A DNA stretch of 64,000 nt from Polyangiaceae bacterium (lineage in GTDB: Bacteria > Myxococcota_A > Polyangia > Polyangiales > Polyangiaceae). Below, one piece after another: positions 9,776-18,399 of this stretch (within the stretch, counting starts at the first letter, position 1; each line of letters opens with the position of its first letter). Under the pieces are notes generated by a model that worked only from the letters and a program-made list of their open reading frames with translations, was not told the origin of the DNA and ran no database searches. The stretch covers positions 1,088,001 through 1,152,000 of the forward strand of contig CBDCTZ010000014.1 of the NCBI GenBank assembly GCA_965222375.1, given 5' to 3'. Both the position numbers and the translations under genes were made by a program.

Positions 9776-10263
9776 TCACTGCTTCCGGCGAAAGTGCCTC
9801 ACGCCGAGCCGCAGCCCAACAAACACGATTGACGCGCCAATGATGCGCATCACCCAAGACACGATCCGTGCCTGGCCGCTTTCTTTGGCGTCAGCTCTTC
9901 GTGTCGGAAGCCCTCGGGTTCTTCGACGAGGTAGACCACACGAAGCTTCGCGCCGTCCTTGCCGCGGAGGCGTTCATATACCTCCTCGTCAATCGTGGCC
10001 TCTCCGTTGATGACTCGATCGCCCAAGGTCGTGAATTCGACCTCTGCGACGTAGACAGGCGAGCGACTTGAGCCGTGGCCAGTATCAAAGGTGCGCGTGC
10101 TCTTCACATTCGCATCCACCCGCACGCCAGATTCGTCGAGCTCGAGGTAGCGGGCCGCATCGAAACCCGCCGCCCAGCTCCCGAAGAGAACGAGCAGGCC
10201 GAAGGCCAAAACGCTCAGTGCGCCGCCGATACCTCCGGACTTGGCCCCTGGGTCCGCGCTCAT
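9776..10263 (-). pseudogene. DUF3592-like membrane protein with an apparent frameshift near 9890-9940 (or a sequencing error)
   Basis: N-terminal TM and beta domain ending 'VVYLVEEPE'; the expected C-terminal TM (ARIVSWVMRIIGASIVFVGLRLGVRHFRRKQ*) lies in another frame and stops at 9776-9778. Confidence 0.65.
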
Positions 10264-10328
10264 GGTTGGTGGGGCTAACACAGCCCCGTTCGCGCGACTT
10301 GCCCTCGACTATTTCCGACGCGGCTGCG

Positions 10329-11741
10329 TTAGGACGAGAGGAAGCGTTGTGGGCCTTTTTCTGCGTCCCAACTCATCAACGCCGCGACCGCCTTTCCGTC
10401 GACGTGTTCGACGACCAAGTGCGTGCGGGTGGCGGGCAACCCAGGTGCACAGCCCTCGGGGGCGTCTTCTTCGGCCCAGGCGCCCAGGTTCACGTAGGTG
10501 GAGTCGCCGTCGTCGCTCTTGCTCAATTCTGGCAAGTGGGTGTGGCCCATCACGATGAAGGCCGCAGGGAACAGCCGTGCGACCCGGGATGAATGCTCAC
10601 GCAGCGACTGGCTGGCATCGATGGCACTTCGAGTTCGACGCCACAGGTAGCCAGCGAGGAAGACCCCCGGGCCGACGGCGGCGACTGCGATGCCCAGAGT
10701 CGGCGTCCACTTTGCGAGCAATACCCAGATCAACAGCGCCAGCGTGGCCACAGTGACAGCGACGCGGTCGATCATCACGCCTGCCAGCAGCCGCAGCAAG
10801 CTACGGGTCATGGGTGGCCTCTGCAGGGAGGCCAGGGCGCGCAGGTTGATCAGGCTGAGCTTCTTGGCCTCTGCCAGCATGCCCATCTTGCGCTCGTGCT
10901 CGGCGCGCACCCAATGAGCAGCGTCGCTCATGTGCTCGCGCCAAATGCGTACGGCGACCCCAATGGCTCGAATGAAGCGGCCTCCCAAGCGCAGCATGCC
11001 TCCGATACCCAGGCGCGCACCAAAGCGTAGGTAGTCGATGGCGCTTGCCTCCTCGTGGCCGGTTTCGCTCATACCGCTAGTTGGGCGTACGACGTAGCGC
11101 AGCAGAACGTCCGACATGGAACGCCGCGTGCGGCGCGGATCGCTGGCGCGCACCGGGTGGAGCACGTTCTCGTAGGAGCAGAAGTCGTCGTATTGGTGCC
11201 CGTGCTCGATGAAGGCGACGCCCTCCTCGTAGTAGAACCAATCCGCGAATTCGATCTGATCTGATGCAGGCTCGTCGTAGCGTGCGATGATCTTTCGGAA
11301 GGCAGCCTGAACCTCGGGCCAGTGAAAGTCCACGTCGTGGTTGCCGCGGACGATCACGCAGGCGTTGCCAGCCGCGAGGAACCTCGCCAACGCTTGGAAC
11401 ACGACGGCGTGGTGCTCCGCCACCCGTTCGAGCTTGGCCAGGGTGTGATCGACCGCACTGCCCAGGCCGTGCTGTCGCTCATCTTCATCGGGCTCCGTCG
11501 ACAGGCCCACCTCCGGAAGGGGCACGCTCATGCCCACGAAGTCCACGAAGTCCCCCGCGACCACCAAGCGCCAAGGTTTGCCGGCTCGGGGCCGCTGGCG
11601 ATACCAGTCGAGGAACGCCACCAACTCGCGGTCTCGCATCTTTCCCGCCGGACCCAGGGCCGGGGCTCCCGGACGGGCGTGCTGAATCAGGTCACTACCT
11701 AGATGAACATCAGAGAAGACGAGAAGATTATGCGATGGCAT
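10329..11741 (-). CDS. Calcineurin-like metallophosphoesterase with two TM helices
   Basis: SDVHLG, GDFVD, GNHD, EHGHQYD and MGHTH motifs. Confidence 0.85.
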   Translation of the reverse strand: MPSHNLLVFSDVHLGSDLIQHARPGAPALGPAGKMRDRELVAFLDWYRQRPRAGKPWRLVVAGDFVDFVGMSVPLPEVGLSTEPDEDERQHGLGSAVDHTLAKLERVAEHHAVVFQALARFLAAGNACVIVRGNHDVDFHWPEVQAAFRKIIARYDEPASDQIEFADWFYYEEGVAFIEHGHQYDDFCSYENVLHPVRASDPRRTRRSMSDVLLRYVVRPTSGMSETGHEEASAIDYLRFGARLGIGGMLRLGGRFIRAIGVAVRIWREHMSDAAHWVRAEHERKMGMLAEAKKLSLINLRALASLQRPPMTRSLLRLLAGVMIDRVAVTVATLALLIWVLLAKWTPTLGIAVAAVGPGVFLAGYLWRRTRSAIDASQSLREHSSRVARLFPAAFIVMGHTHLPELSKSDDGDSTYVNLGAWAEEDAPEGCAPGLPATRTHLVVEHVDGKAVAALMSWDAEKGPQRFLSS

Positions 11742-11966
11742 CGGACGAAATCTGTGCACCCTTAATATGACTCATCTTTGCCGACACGCACGTCCCTCGA
11801 GCCACGATTCGGTCACAGTTGCGACGTCTGTTGGTCAGCAACGCGGGGCACTCGCGTCGATCCGACGACGACGAGACGCACATGCGCCTCGAAACTCGCG
11901 GAGCCCGCGCACCCGCGTCATGACGTTGACACCATCGCGGTGGGCGAAGGCGCCGAGGTCGAAACG

Positions 11967-13274
11967 CTAGTCGTCCGAGCGGGCCAACCTGCGCGCCGCT
12001 TCGATGTCTTGGCGGGACTTGGGCAGCTCCCCACTGAGCACTTCGGCTCCGGATTCGGTCACGAGCACCGTATCTTCGATTCGGATCCCCAATCCCCCGG
12101 TGTTTTCGGGTGCCAGGGCCTCGTCGGGGCGAAAATAGAGGCCGGGCTCCACGGTCAGGGCCATGCCGGGACGCAGCTTGACCGGCTCGCCGTTTTCCTC
12201 GGGAGCGCCGGCATCGTGCACCTCTAGACCGATGAAGTGACTCGTTCGGTGCGCAAACCAGTGGTCCAGATCCGCGGCGGCGAATTCGAAGGCGCGACTC
12301 TGGCTGAGGGCGTCCTGCGCGGCGTTTCGAGCAGCGCCGTCGACCTCGGCGATGCTGGCCCCGGGGCGGACGCTGGCCAGCGCGCGCTCCTGCGCGGCCA
12401 GTACGATCTCGTACAGTTCGGACTGAAGCTTGGAGAAGCGCGCGGAGACCGGGAAAGTGCGGGTCACGTCGCAGGCGTAGCGCTCCGCCTCGCAGCCAGC
12501 GTCCACCAAGACCAAGTCACCCTCGCAGAGAGGGCTGCCTGTGGGCGTGGCGTGCAGGATCGTGGTTCGGCTGCCGCTGGCGACGACGCTCCTATACGCT
12601 GGGGAAGTGCTGCCTTGTGCGGCAAACTCCCACTCCACGCTCTTGGCCAGCTCCAGCTCCGACATACCCGCGCGCGCGACGGCCCAAGCGCGACGATGGG
12701 CAGCGCAGGTGGCCGCTGCGGCCCGACGCAGCAGCTCGGCTTCGGCGGCGTCTTTGATCACTCGCATGCGCGCTGTGGCCTCTCGGGGATCGACCACGGG
12801 AAGCAGGCCTGTGCCACGGCGCTTGCTGCCATGCAGGCAGTGGATCACGACTTGGTCTAGACCGGCTTCCGAACCCAGGCGGTAGGCCAAGCGCTTTGAG
12901 TCCTTGAGTTGCGTAGCCAAGGTGGCGGCTAGCTCGGCCTGGCTTCGGATGTCGCTGACGCCGCTGACCCGCGTCACCTCTTCCGCGGAGCTGCCAGCTC
13001 CGTCGAAAAGCTCCCGATGCGAGTCGACCTCCGCCAAAAATAGCGTTGCCTGGGGGCCGCGGTCCGTGGCGGTGAGCAGCAGACTAGCGTCGGGCTCTAC
13101 GCAGCCCGTCAGGTACAGGAGATCGGCGTCCGCGCGGTACTCGCTTCCGGTCAGCGCTGCGGGTCCAGGCGCTCGGATCAAGAAAACGGTGTCGGGGTGC
13201 GCCGCGACGAGCTTTCGTCGGCGGGCTTCGTAGCTGGGGGCGTCAAGCACGGGAAGGCTCCTTTCTGTGCCCAA
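11967..13274 (-). CDS. pepP: Xaa-Pro aminopeptidase (M24B)
   Basis: AMP_N-like N-terminus; DAG..YACDVTRT, HRTSHFIGLEVHD, TVEPGLY, GIRIED. Confidence 0.9.
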   Translation of the reverse strand: MGTERSLPVLDAPSYEARRRKLVAAHPDTVFLIRAPGPAALTGSEYRADADLLYLTGCVEPDASLLLTATDRGPQATLFLAEVDSHRELFDGAGSSAEEVTRVSGVSDIRSQAELAATLATQLKDSKRLAYRLGSEAGLDQVVIHCLHGSKRRGTGLLPVVDPREATARMRVIKDAAEAELLRRAAAATCAAHRRAWAVARAGMSELELAKSVEWEFAAQGSTSPAYRSVVASGSRTTILHATPTGSPLCEGDLVLVDAGCEAERYACDVTRTFPVSARFSKLQSELYEIVLAAQERALASVRPGASIAEVDGAARNAAQDALSQSRAFEFAAADLDHWFAHRTSHFIGLEVHDAGAPEENGEPVKLRPGMALTVEPGLYFRPDEALAPENTGGLGIRIEDTVLVTESGAEVLSGELPKSRQDIEAARRLARSDD

Positions 13275-13276
13275 TT

Positions 13277-13336
13277 AGTGCCCCACTAAGGTATTACTAG
13301 CTCTAAGAAGGTCATCAAGTACCTGAATCCGGTACT
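13277..13336. promoter_or_regulatory. Two AGTRCC-N7-GGTAYT palindromic operators in the divergent pepP/HTH promoter
   Basis: agtgcc-ccactaa-ggtatt (13277-13295) and agtacc-tgaatcc-ggtact (13318-13336) in an AT-richer intergenic region. Confidence 0.65.
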
Positions 13337-13360
13337 CAGCCGCCTGGGTAGTTCCCCGCG

Positions 13361-14194
13361 ATGGATCGTCACGAACAGCTCCTGGTCACCCTCAAGCGCG
13401 CTCTCGCGACGGCTCAGCTCAACTACCGACAGCTCGCGGAACGCATCGGGATGAGTGAGTCCGGGGTCAAGAAGCTACTGACCGGCGACGACATCTCTCT
13501 GAGTCGATTGCAGCAGATCTGCGACGCGATTGGCGTTTCCCTGGTCGACGTGATCGAGGCTTCGAGACACGAGGCCATCCGCGACGTCGAGTTGTCTCAT
13601 GATCAGCAGTGCTACTTCCTCGACCATCCTGCGACCTTCGCCTTCTTTTGGCGGCTGTTCGTGGAGCGCCGCTCTGTCGCGGAGATCAAACGCCGAGATG
13701 GGCTCAGTAACGCTCAGGCGCGGCGTCACTTGAGCGCGCTGTCCCGCTTGGGGTTGCTGGAGCTTGGCGCCGGCGATCGAATTCGCCTTCGGGACGACGA
13801 CCTCGTGCGCTGGAGCGATCGGGGTCCGCTGATGGATCACCTGAACCAGCGCTGGTCGGTGGAATTGGTCGAGGAATGTCTAGCCCGACTGCGGGGGGAT
13901 CCGGAAGGTGTAGAGCGCGGTGGTGGCAGTGTTTCCAGAGCGGCGAGCGCGCAGCACTTGTTTCGATTGCATCAACTGATGCTGCGCCCGGAAACCGCGA
14001 GCGAGCTGAAGTCCGAGTTCGAGCGCCTGATAGACGAGTTTCGACGCCGCGCCCGCCACGAACTTCTGACCAGCGACCGCACCGCCTTGATTGCTGTTTC
14101 ACTGCTAACGGCGTTGGCGCCCCGGAGCTTTGTCCCGGAGATCCCTGCCGCGAACGCTCCTCGCTCGCGGCGGCGTACAGGCCGCGAGGGTTAG
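13361..14194 (+). CDS. XRE/Cro-type HTH transcriptional regulator with second wHTH-like region
   Basis: 'LNYRQLAERIGMSESGVKKLL...ISLSRLQQICDAIGVSL'. Confidence 0.85.
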   Translation: MDRHEQLLVTLKRALATAQLNYRQLAERIGMSESGVKKLLTGDDISLSRLQQICDAIGVSLVDVIEASRHEAIRDVELSHDQQCYFLDHPATFAFFWRLFVERRSVAEIKRRDGLSNAQARRHLSALSRLGLLELGAGDRIRLRDDDLVRWSDRGPLMDHLNQRWSVELVEECLARLRGDPEGVERGGGSVSRAASAQHLFRLHQLMLRPETASELKSEFERLIDEFRRRARHELLTSDRTALIAVSLLTALAPRSFVPEIPAANAPRSRRRTGREG

Positions 14195-14514
14195 TGCGTC
14201 AGTTTCCAGAGTGCGCCAAGCAGCTGATCTAGCTTCTCGAGCGTGGGCTCAGCCGACGCTTCCGAAAGATACTTCCAGCCGACACCGGCTCGCAGGGCGA
14301 CCACGACTTCCTTGGCGCTACCGGCGGCGTTGAAATACCGAGCGCGACGGTTGCCAGGGTCGGAGCCCGAGCTTTCCTCGAGGTTGAGCAAGAAGCTATT
14401 CGTGGCGTCGCGCATTTGCGCCGCCAGCTTCCTGTCGTGACGCTGCACCCGAGCCACGTGCGGCACGACTTCGCGCTGCGCCTGAAGAGCTAGTTCGAGG
14501 GTTCTGAATCGCAT
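14191..14514 (-). CDS. Four-helix bundle protein (23S rRNA IVP/Avd-like family)
   Basis: 'LAAQMRDATNSFLLNLEESSG...RARYFNAAGSAKEV' matches the family pattern; AGGAG RBS 6 nt upstream; stop overlaps the convergent HTH stop (ttag). Confidence 0.85.
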   Translation of the reverse strand: MRFRTLELALQAQREVVPHVARVQRHDRKLAAQMRDATNSFLLNLEESSGSDPGNRRARYFNAAGSAKEVVVALRAGVGWKYLSEASAEPTLEKLDQLLGALWKLTH

Positions 14515-14520
14515 GATCGT

Positions 14521-14670
14521 CTCCTGGTTGTTCCGCCCGGCGGCGGGTTTCTCACCCAACCCGCCCGACGCCGGGCGGACTCTAGGAGTTCGATGCGCAT
14601 GGCCGCCTCGACCTCGGCGCCTGCGGGCACAGTGCCAGCCACCGGCTGGCACGAGCACCGCCCAGCCCGT
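14521..14670 (-). other. Structured 5' leader of the four-helix bundle gene (candidate cis-regulatory RNA)
   Basis: Stems tccgcccggcg/cgccgggcgga (14532-42/14569-79), gcgggtt/aacccgc, ctcct/aggag (covers RBS); second stem gtgccagcc/ggctggcac (14632-52). Confidence 0.55.
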
Positions 14671-14704
14671 CAACAAGAGTGCAAGCGATGTCCTGTCTTA
14701 CACC

Positions 14705-15005
14705 ACACCCGACACCGACACCCTGCCACTGCCACTGTTGCCGACTCTGCCCCAGCCACCGTCGCTGACGCTGCCACGGTCACCGACCCGGCTCAGCCAC
14801 CCGCCACTGCCACGGTCACCGCCGCTGCCACTGCCACGGTCACCGCCACTGCCACGGTCACCGCGGCCGACTCTGCCGCAGCTACCGGTTCTGCACTGCC
14901 ACGGTCACCGCCGCCGACTCTGCCGCAGCCACCGGTTCTGCACTGCCACCGACCCTGCCGCTGCCACAGTCGCCGCCACGGGCTCTGACTCCGCTCCCGC
15001 CTCTG
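14705..15005. repeat. Degenerate hexamer-based repeat array (CTGCCA/CGGTCA/CCGACT-like)
   Basis: ctgccacggtcaccg at 14771, 14807, 14831, 14849 and 14896; 36-bp unit duplicated at 14867 and 14914. Confidence 0.9.
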
Positions 15006-15020
15006 TCCTGTGCTGTCCCC

Positions 15021-15476
15021 CTAGGGGATCGTCGCGGCTGGTGGCGGCGTTGCGGGTGCGACTGTGGGCTGCGGATCCGGAAGCACCGTGACCGAGAGCT
15101 GTCCCTCGGAGTCACCGTTGTAGGTGACGCGCAGCGTAGTTTTGCCGGGAGCGACGCCGTAGACCACGAAGCCGGTGCGGGGCTGCGGGCCTCTCCAACG
15201 CCAGCGCTCGGTGGTGCGATTGATGTGCGCGGGCAGGACCTGAGCGATGTTTGGGTCTTGACTGACTGCCTTGGCGTCCTCGCAGGGCGTTCCGCCGCTG
15301 CGGCATTCGAAGGCCAGAGCGACGCCTGTGGAGATCTCGATCTGATCGCTGGCGCGATTCAGGCTGGCGGTGCGGGTCGGCGGTGGCGTGCTGGCGGCGT
15401 GAAAGAAGGGGCCGCAAGCCGACAGGCTCAGGCTCGTGGCCGCCAACAAGAGCGCCTGGCATATCGTGCGCTTCAT
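15021..15476 (-). CDS. Lipoprotein with Ig-like domain
   Basis: Lipobox LSAC; 'VYGVAPGKTTLRVT' Ig-like strand; coupled to the upstream gene. Confidence 0.7.
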   Translation of the reverse strand: MKRTICQALLLAATSLSLSACGPFFHAASTPPPTRTASLNRASDQIEISTGVALAFECRSGGTPCEDAKAVSQDPNIAQVLPAHINRTTERWRWRGPQPRTGFVVYGVAPGKTTLRVTYNGDSEGQLSVTVLPDPQPTVAPATPPPAATIP

Positions 15477-16243
15477 TCCGCACCTCCCTGGGGGGTTGCC
15501 GGGGCCTTCGGTTCAGGCGGAACGCTGAGCCCGGGCTCTGGGGCTGGGGGCGGAGGAGGCGGGGGGGCTGCCACCGCTGGTGCGGACGTCGGTTGCACCA
15601 CGATGCTGGCTTGGGCCGTGACGCCCGAGAGCGAGACCGTCAGCGTGGCAGTGCCCGGCGAATCGGCGACGAGGCGCCGCTGCTTGTACACGCCGTCGCG
15701 CAACACGCGAGCGATGGGAGGGTCCACTTTCCACTCGCTCGTGATCGATCCAGCGAGGTGTTGTGCGTCTGCGTAGACCCGCGGCGAGAGCCAGATGGAG
15801 TCGCCCACGAGTAGGTCGACGCGGTCTCTCACCTCGCCCAAGTCCGAGCCGCTGGGGCTCAATCGGTGCAGGGCGACGTGGGTGGGGCGCTCGACCCACA
15901 CGTGCAGGAAGTCCACCACCGTCGAATCTGCTGTGGTGAACAAGATGGCGGCCACGCCCCGGCTGCGTCCAATCAGCTGGCCGTTGCTGACGCCCACCAC
16001 ATTGGGCCGCGTGCTCATCAGCCGAATGCTCGGCGTGGCGCTTCCCTTCGTGTCGACGTGGACCTCAGGGCGATAGGTGGCCCCGATGGCCAAGGGCGCG
16101 TTCAGGCGCTCACCGCTGCCGTCCGCTTCTTGGGTCACGCTCTGGCCGAGAGCGCCTGTGGCGCATGCCGCGCTGGCCAGGGCCAAGCAAATGGCCAATA
16201 GCAGCGCCGGGCGTCGGGCTGTTTCGAGTCGTAGTAAGCTCAT
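15473..16243 (-). CDS. Lipoprotein with two bacterial Ig-like domains and Pro-rich tail
   Basis: Lipobox SAAC; 'ADSPGTATLTVSLSGVTAQASIVV'. Confidence 0.7.
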   Translation of the reverse strand: MSLLRLETARRPALLLAICLALASAACATGALGQSVTQEADGSGERLNAPLAIGATYRPEVHVDTKGSATPSIRLMSTRPNVVGVSNGQLIGRSRGVAAILFTTADSTVVDFLHVWVERPTHVALHRLSPSGSDLGEVRDRVDLLVGDSIWLSPRVYADAQHLAGSITSEWKVDPPIARVLRDGVYKQRRLVADSPGTATLTVSLSGVTAQASIVVQPTSAPAVAAPPPPPPPAPEPGLSVPPEPKAPATPQGGAE

Positions 16244-16484
16244 TGGATGGTCCCCTAACGGGTGGCGGTACGGGACCTTACACGAGACGAACTAGATGGA
16301 CTTGGCAGGCCGCGCGCCCGCTCGGCCCGGCTCGGGAGTCGTGGCCCGGGGCGCGCCAGTGAAGCGACCCCAAACCCCCAACATCTCCCCGAGGCTGCGC
16401 GATGAGCCTCGGGGAAGACCTCGAAACCATAGATGTTTTCCAGTTTTTTGTGCACAGCGACAGGCCTCGGTTACGGTCGGGCGC

Positions 16485-17387
16485 GTGAGGCTCTGGCGAC
16501 GTGGGACCCCTGTCTTGGGCGGGGCGCTGTTGATGGGTTGCTCAGCGCAACAGGCGCCACCTCCGAGCGACAAGACCGTCTCCACGGCGGAGCCCGCCGT
16601 GGCCCGCAAGCGCGTGGCCAAGCCGCTGCGTCCGGCTCCCCCCAAGCCCAAGCCTGTGGCGAGTTTGAAGCCGGAGTTGCGAAAGCCCTGGGTGTACCCG
16701 CTGAAAGTCGATTACGGCATTCGTCAAGACCGGGGTGGTCGCGGAGGATTCTTGGCGCCGCGCACGCACGGAAAGCACAACGGTCTGGATTTGTTGGCGC
16801 CGATTGGCACCGCGCTGCGTTCGCCGTGCAGCGGATCCGCCACGAGTGCCGTGAGCCGCTCTTTTGGCAAGTGGGTCAAAGTCGTGTGTCCCATTCCGAA
16901 GGAGATCGCGGGAGAGCACAGCGCCTATGCTTCGCTGTTCTTCTCTCATCTGGATAGCTCGGTCATCGACAATAAGCAGGACGTTCGCGCGGGAGCTCGG
17001 TTGGGCACCGTAGGCAAGAGCGGCAATGCGCGGGGTTCGAGCATCGCGCCTCACGTTCACGTCGAAATCGCCGTGCACGACAGCGAACGGCGCGCCCTGG
17101 AAGAGCGTCACAGCGGGCGGGACCAATCCGGCACCAAGGCGGCGAGAAGGATCGTGGCTGCGCTGGAGAAGCACTGTCTGTCACCCAATGGTTTTGCCGC
17201 CAAGTCTCGGAGGATTGCCCGAGCACGCCGCCTCGATCCTTTCGTGGTGCTGTCGTGCCTGAGTGACGAAAAGCCAGATTGGGCGCTGCCCAAGGGCGGG
17301 CTGTCGAAGTCCAGCGTGGCCTGGAGCAAACAGTACGCTGCTCGCACCTTCGATGTGGATCTGGGGCGTGAGCCCCTGAAACGCTGA
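16485..17387 (+). CDS. M23 family metallopeptidase (lipoprotein)
   Basis: HNGLD (HxxxD) and PHVH (HxH) motifs, 'GTVGKSGNA'; lipobox LMGC; start uncertain. Confidence 0.85.
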   Translation: MRLWRRGTPVLGGALLMGCSAQQAPPPSDKTVSTAEPAVARKRVAKPLRPAPPKPKPVASLKPELRKPWVYPLKVDYGIRQDRGGRGGFLAPRTHGKHNGLDLLAPIGTALRSPCSGSATSAVSRSFGKWVKVVCPIPKEIAGEHSAYASLFFSHLDSSVIDNKQDVRAGARLGTVGKSGNARGSSIAPHVHVEIAVHDSERRALEERHSGRDQSGTKAARRIVAALEKHCLSPNGFAAKSRRIARARRLDPFVVLSCLSDEKPDWALPKGGLSKSSVAWSKQYAARTFDVDLGREPLKR

Positions 17388-17389
17388 GC

Positions 17390-18253
17390 TCAGCGACGGC
17401 TGCGCCGGACGTCGACCCCAATTTGCGCTGCGCGACCTGCTGAAGCCAGCGCTTCTTCGTCGTCGGCGTTCATCAGGGTGTTGGCCCAGGCGTCCAGGCG
17501 TCCCAAGTCGGCCTTGGGGTGTTTGCGGTATGCATCGGTGAGTTTTCTCGCCAAGGCGGCGTCGCAGATCGAACCCGTGACGCGCAGAAGATCCACCGAA
17601 TAGTCGAGCCACTTGGGCTTAGGCGTGACTTTGCTGAGCTTCAATGCGTATTCGAGGCAGAAGAGGCGTGTCTCTTCCTCGATGTCGATGCCATCCGAGG
17701 CTTCTTGCAGGACGTCCAACAGGGTCGTCTTCAGCAGGTCTGCGGCGTCCTCGGTGCGACCGGCCGCCAGCGCTTGGTCGGCGATGTTGGCGAGAATTTC
17801 CAGCGAGCGCGTGCGCTGGGTCGTCTCTTCGGCTTCGGGGGGTTCGCTGATGCGGCGGTCGGCTTCGTTCTTGCTCGAGGGCGGGATCGGCGAAAGCTCG
17901 TCCAAGGTGTCCGTCTTGTGGCGCTGTCGACCGGCCTCGCCGATGACGATTTCGAGCTCCTCGCCGCCTATGGTCACCCAGTCTCCGTCGAACAGCGCGC
18001 GGCGCTCCCGCACTCGGGTTCCGTTGACCAGGATCCCATTCATGCTGCCCAAGTCCTCGATGAAGACCAGGCTGGTGTCGACGCTCATCCGCGCATGGCG
18101 CCTGGAGATCCGGGAGTCTTCCAGCAAGATGTGGCAGCTGCTGTCCCGGCCTAACAAATAGGTGCCGTCCGTGAGCAGCAATTCCTGCCGCCGCCAGCGC
18201 ACGCGTACGGGCGTGAGCGCGGGTCCATCGAACGTCTCACCTTCCCGTGACAT
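17390..18253 (-). CDS. FHA domain protein
   Basis: 'LGRDSSCHILL...ISRRHA...DLGSMNGILVNG'. Confidence 0.9.
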   Translation of the reverse strand: MSREGETFDGPALTPVRVRWRRQELLLTDGTYLLGRDSSCHILLEDSRISRRHARMSVDTSLVFIEDLGSMNGILVNGTRVRERRALFDGDWVTIGGEELEIVIGEAGRQRHKTDTLDELSPIPPSSKNEADRRISEPPEAEETTQRTRSLEILANIADQALAAGRTEDAADLLKTTLLDVLQEASDGIDIEEETRLFCLEYALKLSKVTPKPKWLDYSVDLLRVTGSICDAALARKLTDAYRKHPKADLGRLDAWANTLMNADDEEALASAGRAAQIGVDVRRSRR

Positions 18254-18399
18254 GGCAGACACTCGGCACCTTATCTCGCCCCGCCGGGAGCGCAAATGCC
18301 GGATTCATCACGGCTTTTTCGTGTCCCTTTTTGTCACATCAGCCTCGGCCCCGGCTTGCTTGCCCCGCGCGGCGCGCGTACCTGGTGGCCGACCGCGCC

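Noticed and set aside
14191..15010. Diversity-generating retroelement or rRNA intervening sequence
   Set aside because: Avd-like fold only; no reverse transcriptase, no TR/VR pair differing at adenines, no rRNA sequence seen
15037..15044. E. coli Chi (GCTGGTGG) occurrences here and at a few other positions
   Set aside because: Expected by chance in high-GC DNA, and Chi is lineage specific
14513..15115. Pro/Thr/Ala-rich ORFs over the repeat array
   Set aside because: Artefacts of stop-poor hexamer repeats; 47-bp duplication breaks frame; no convincing RBS
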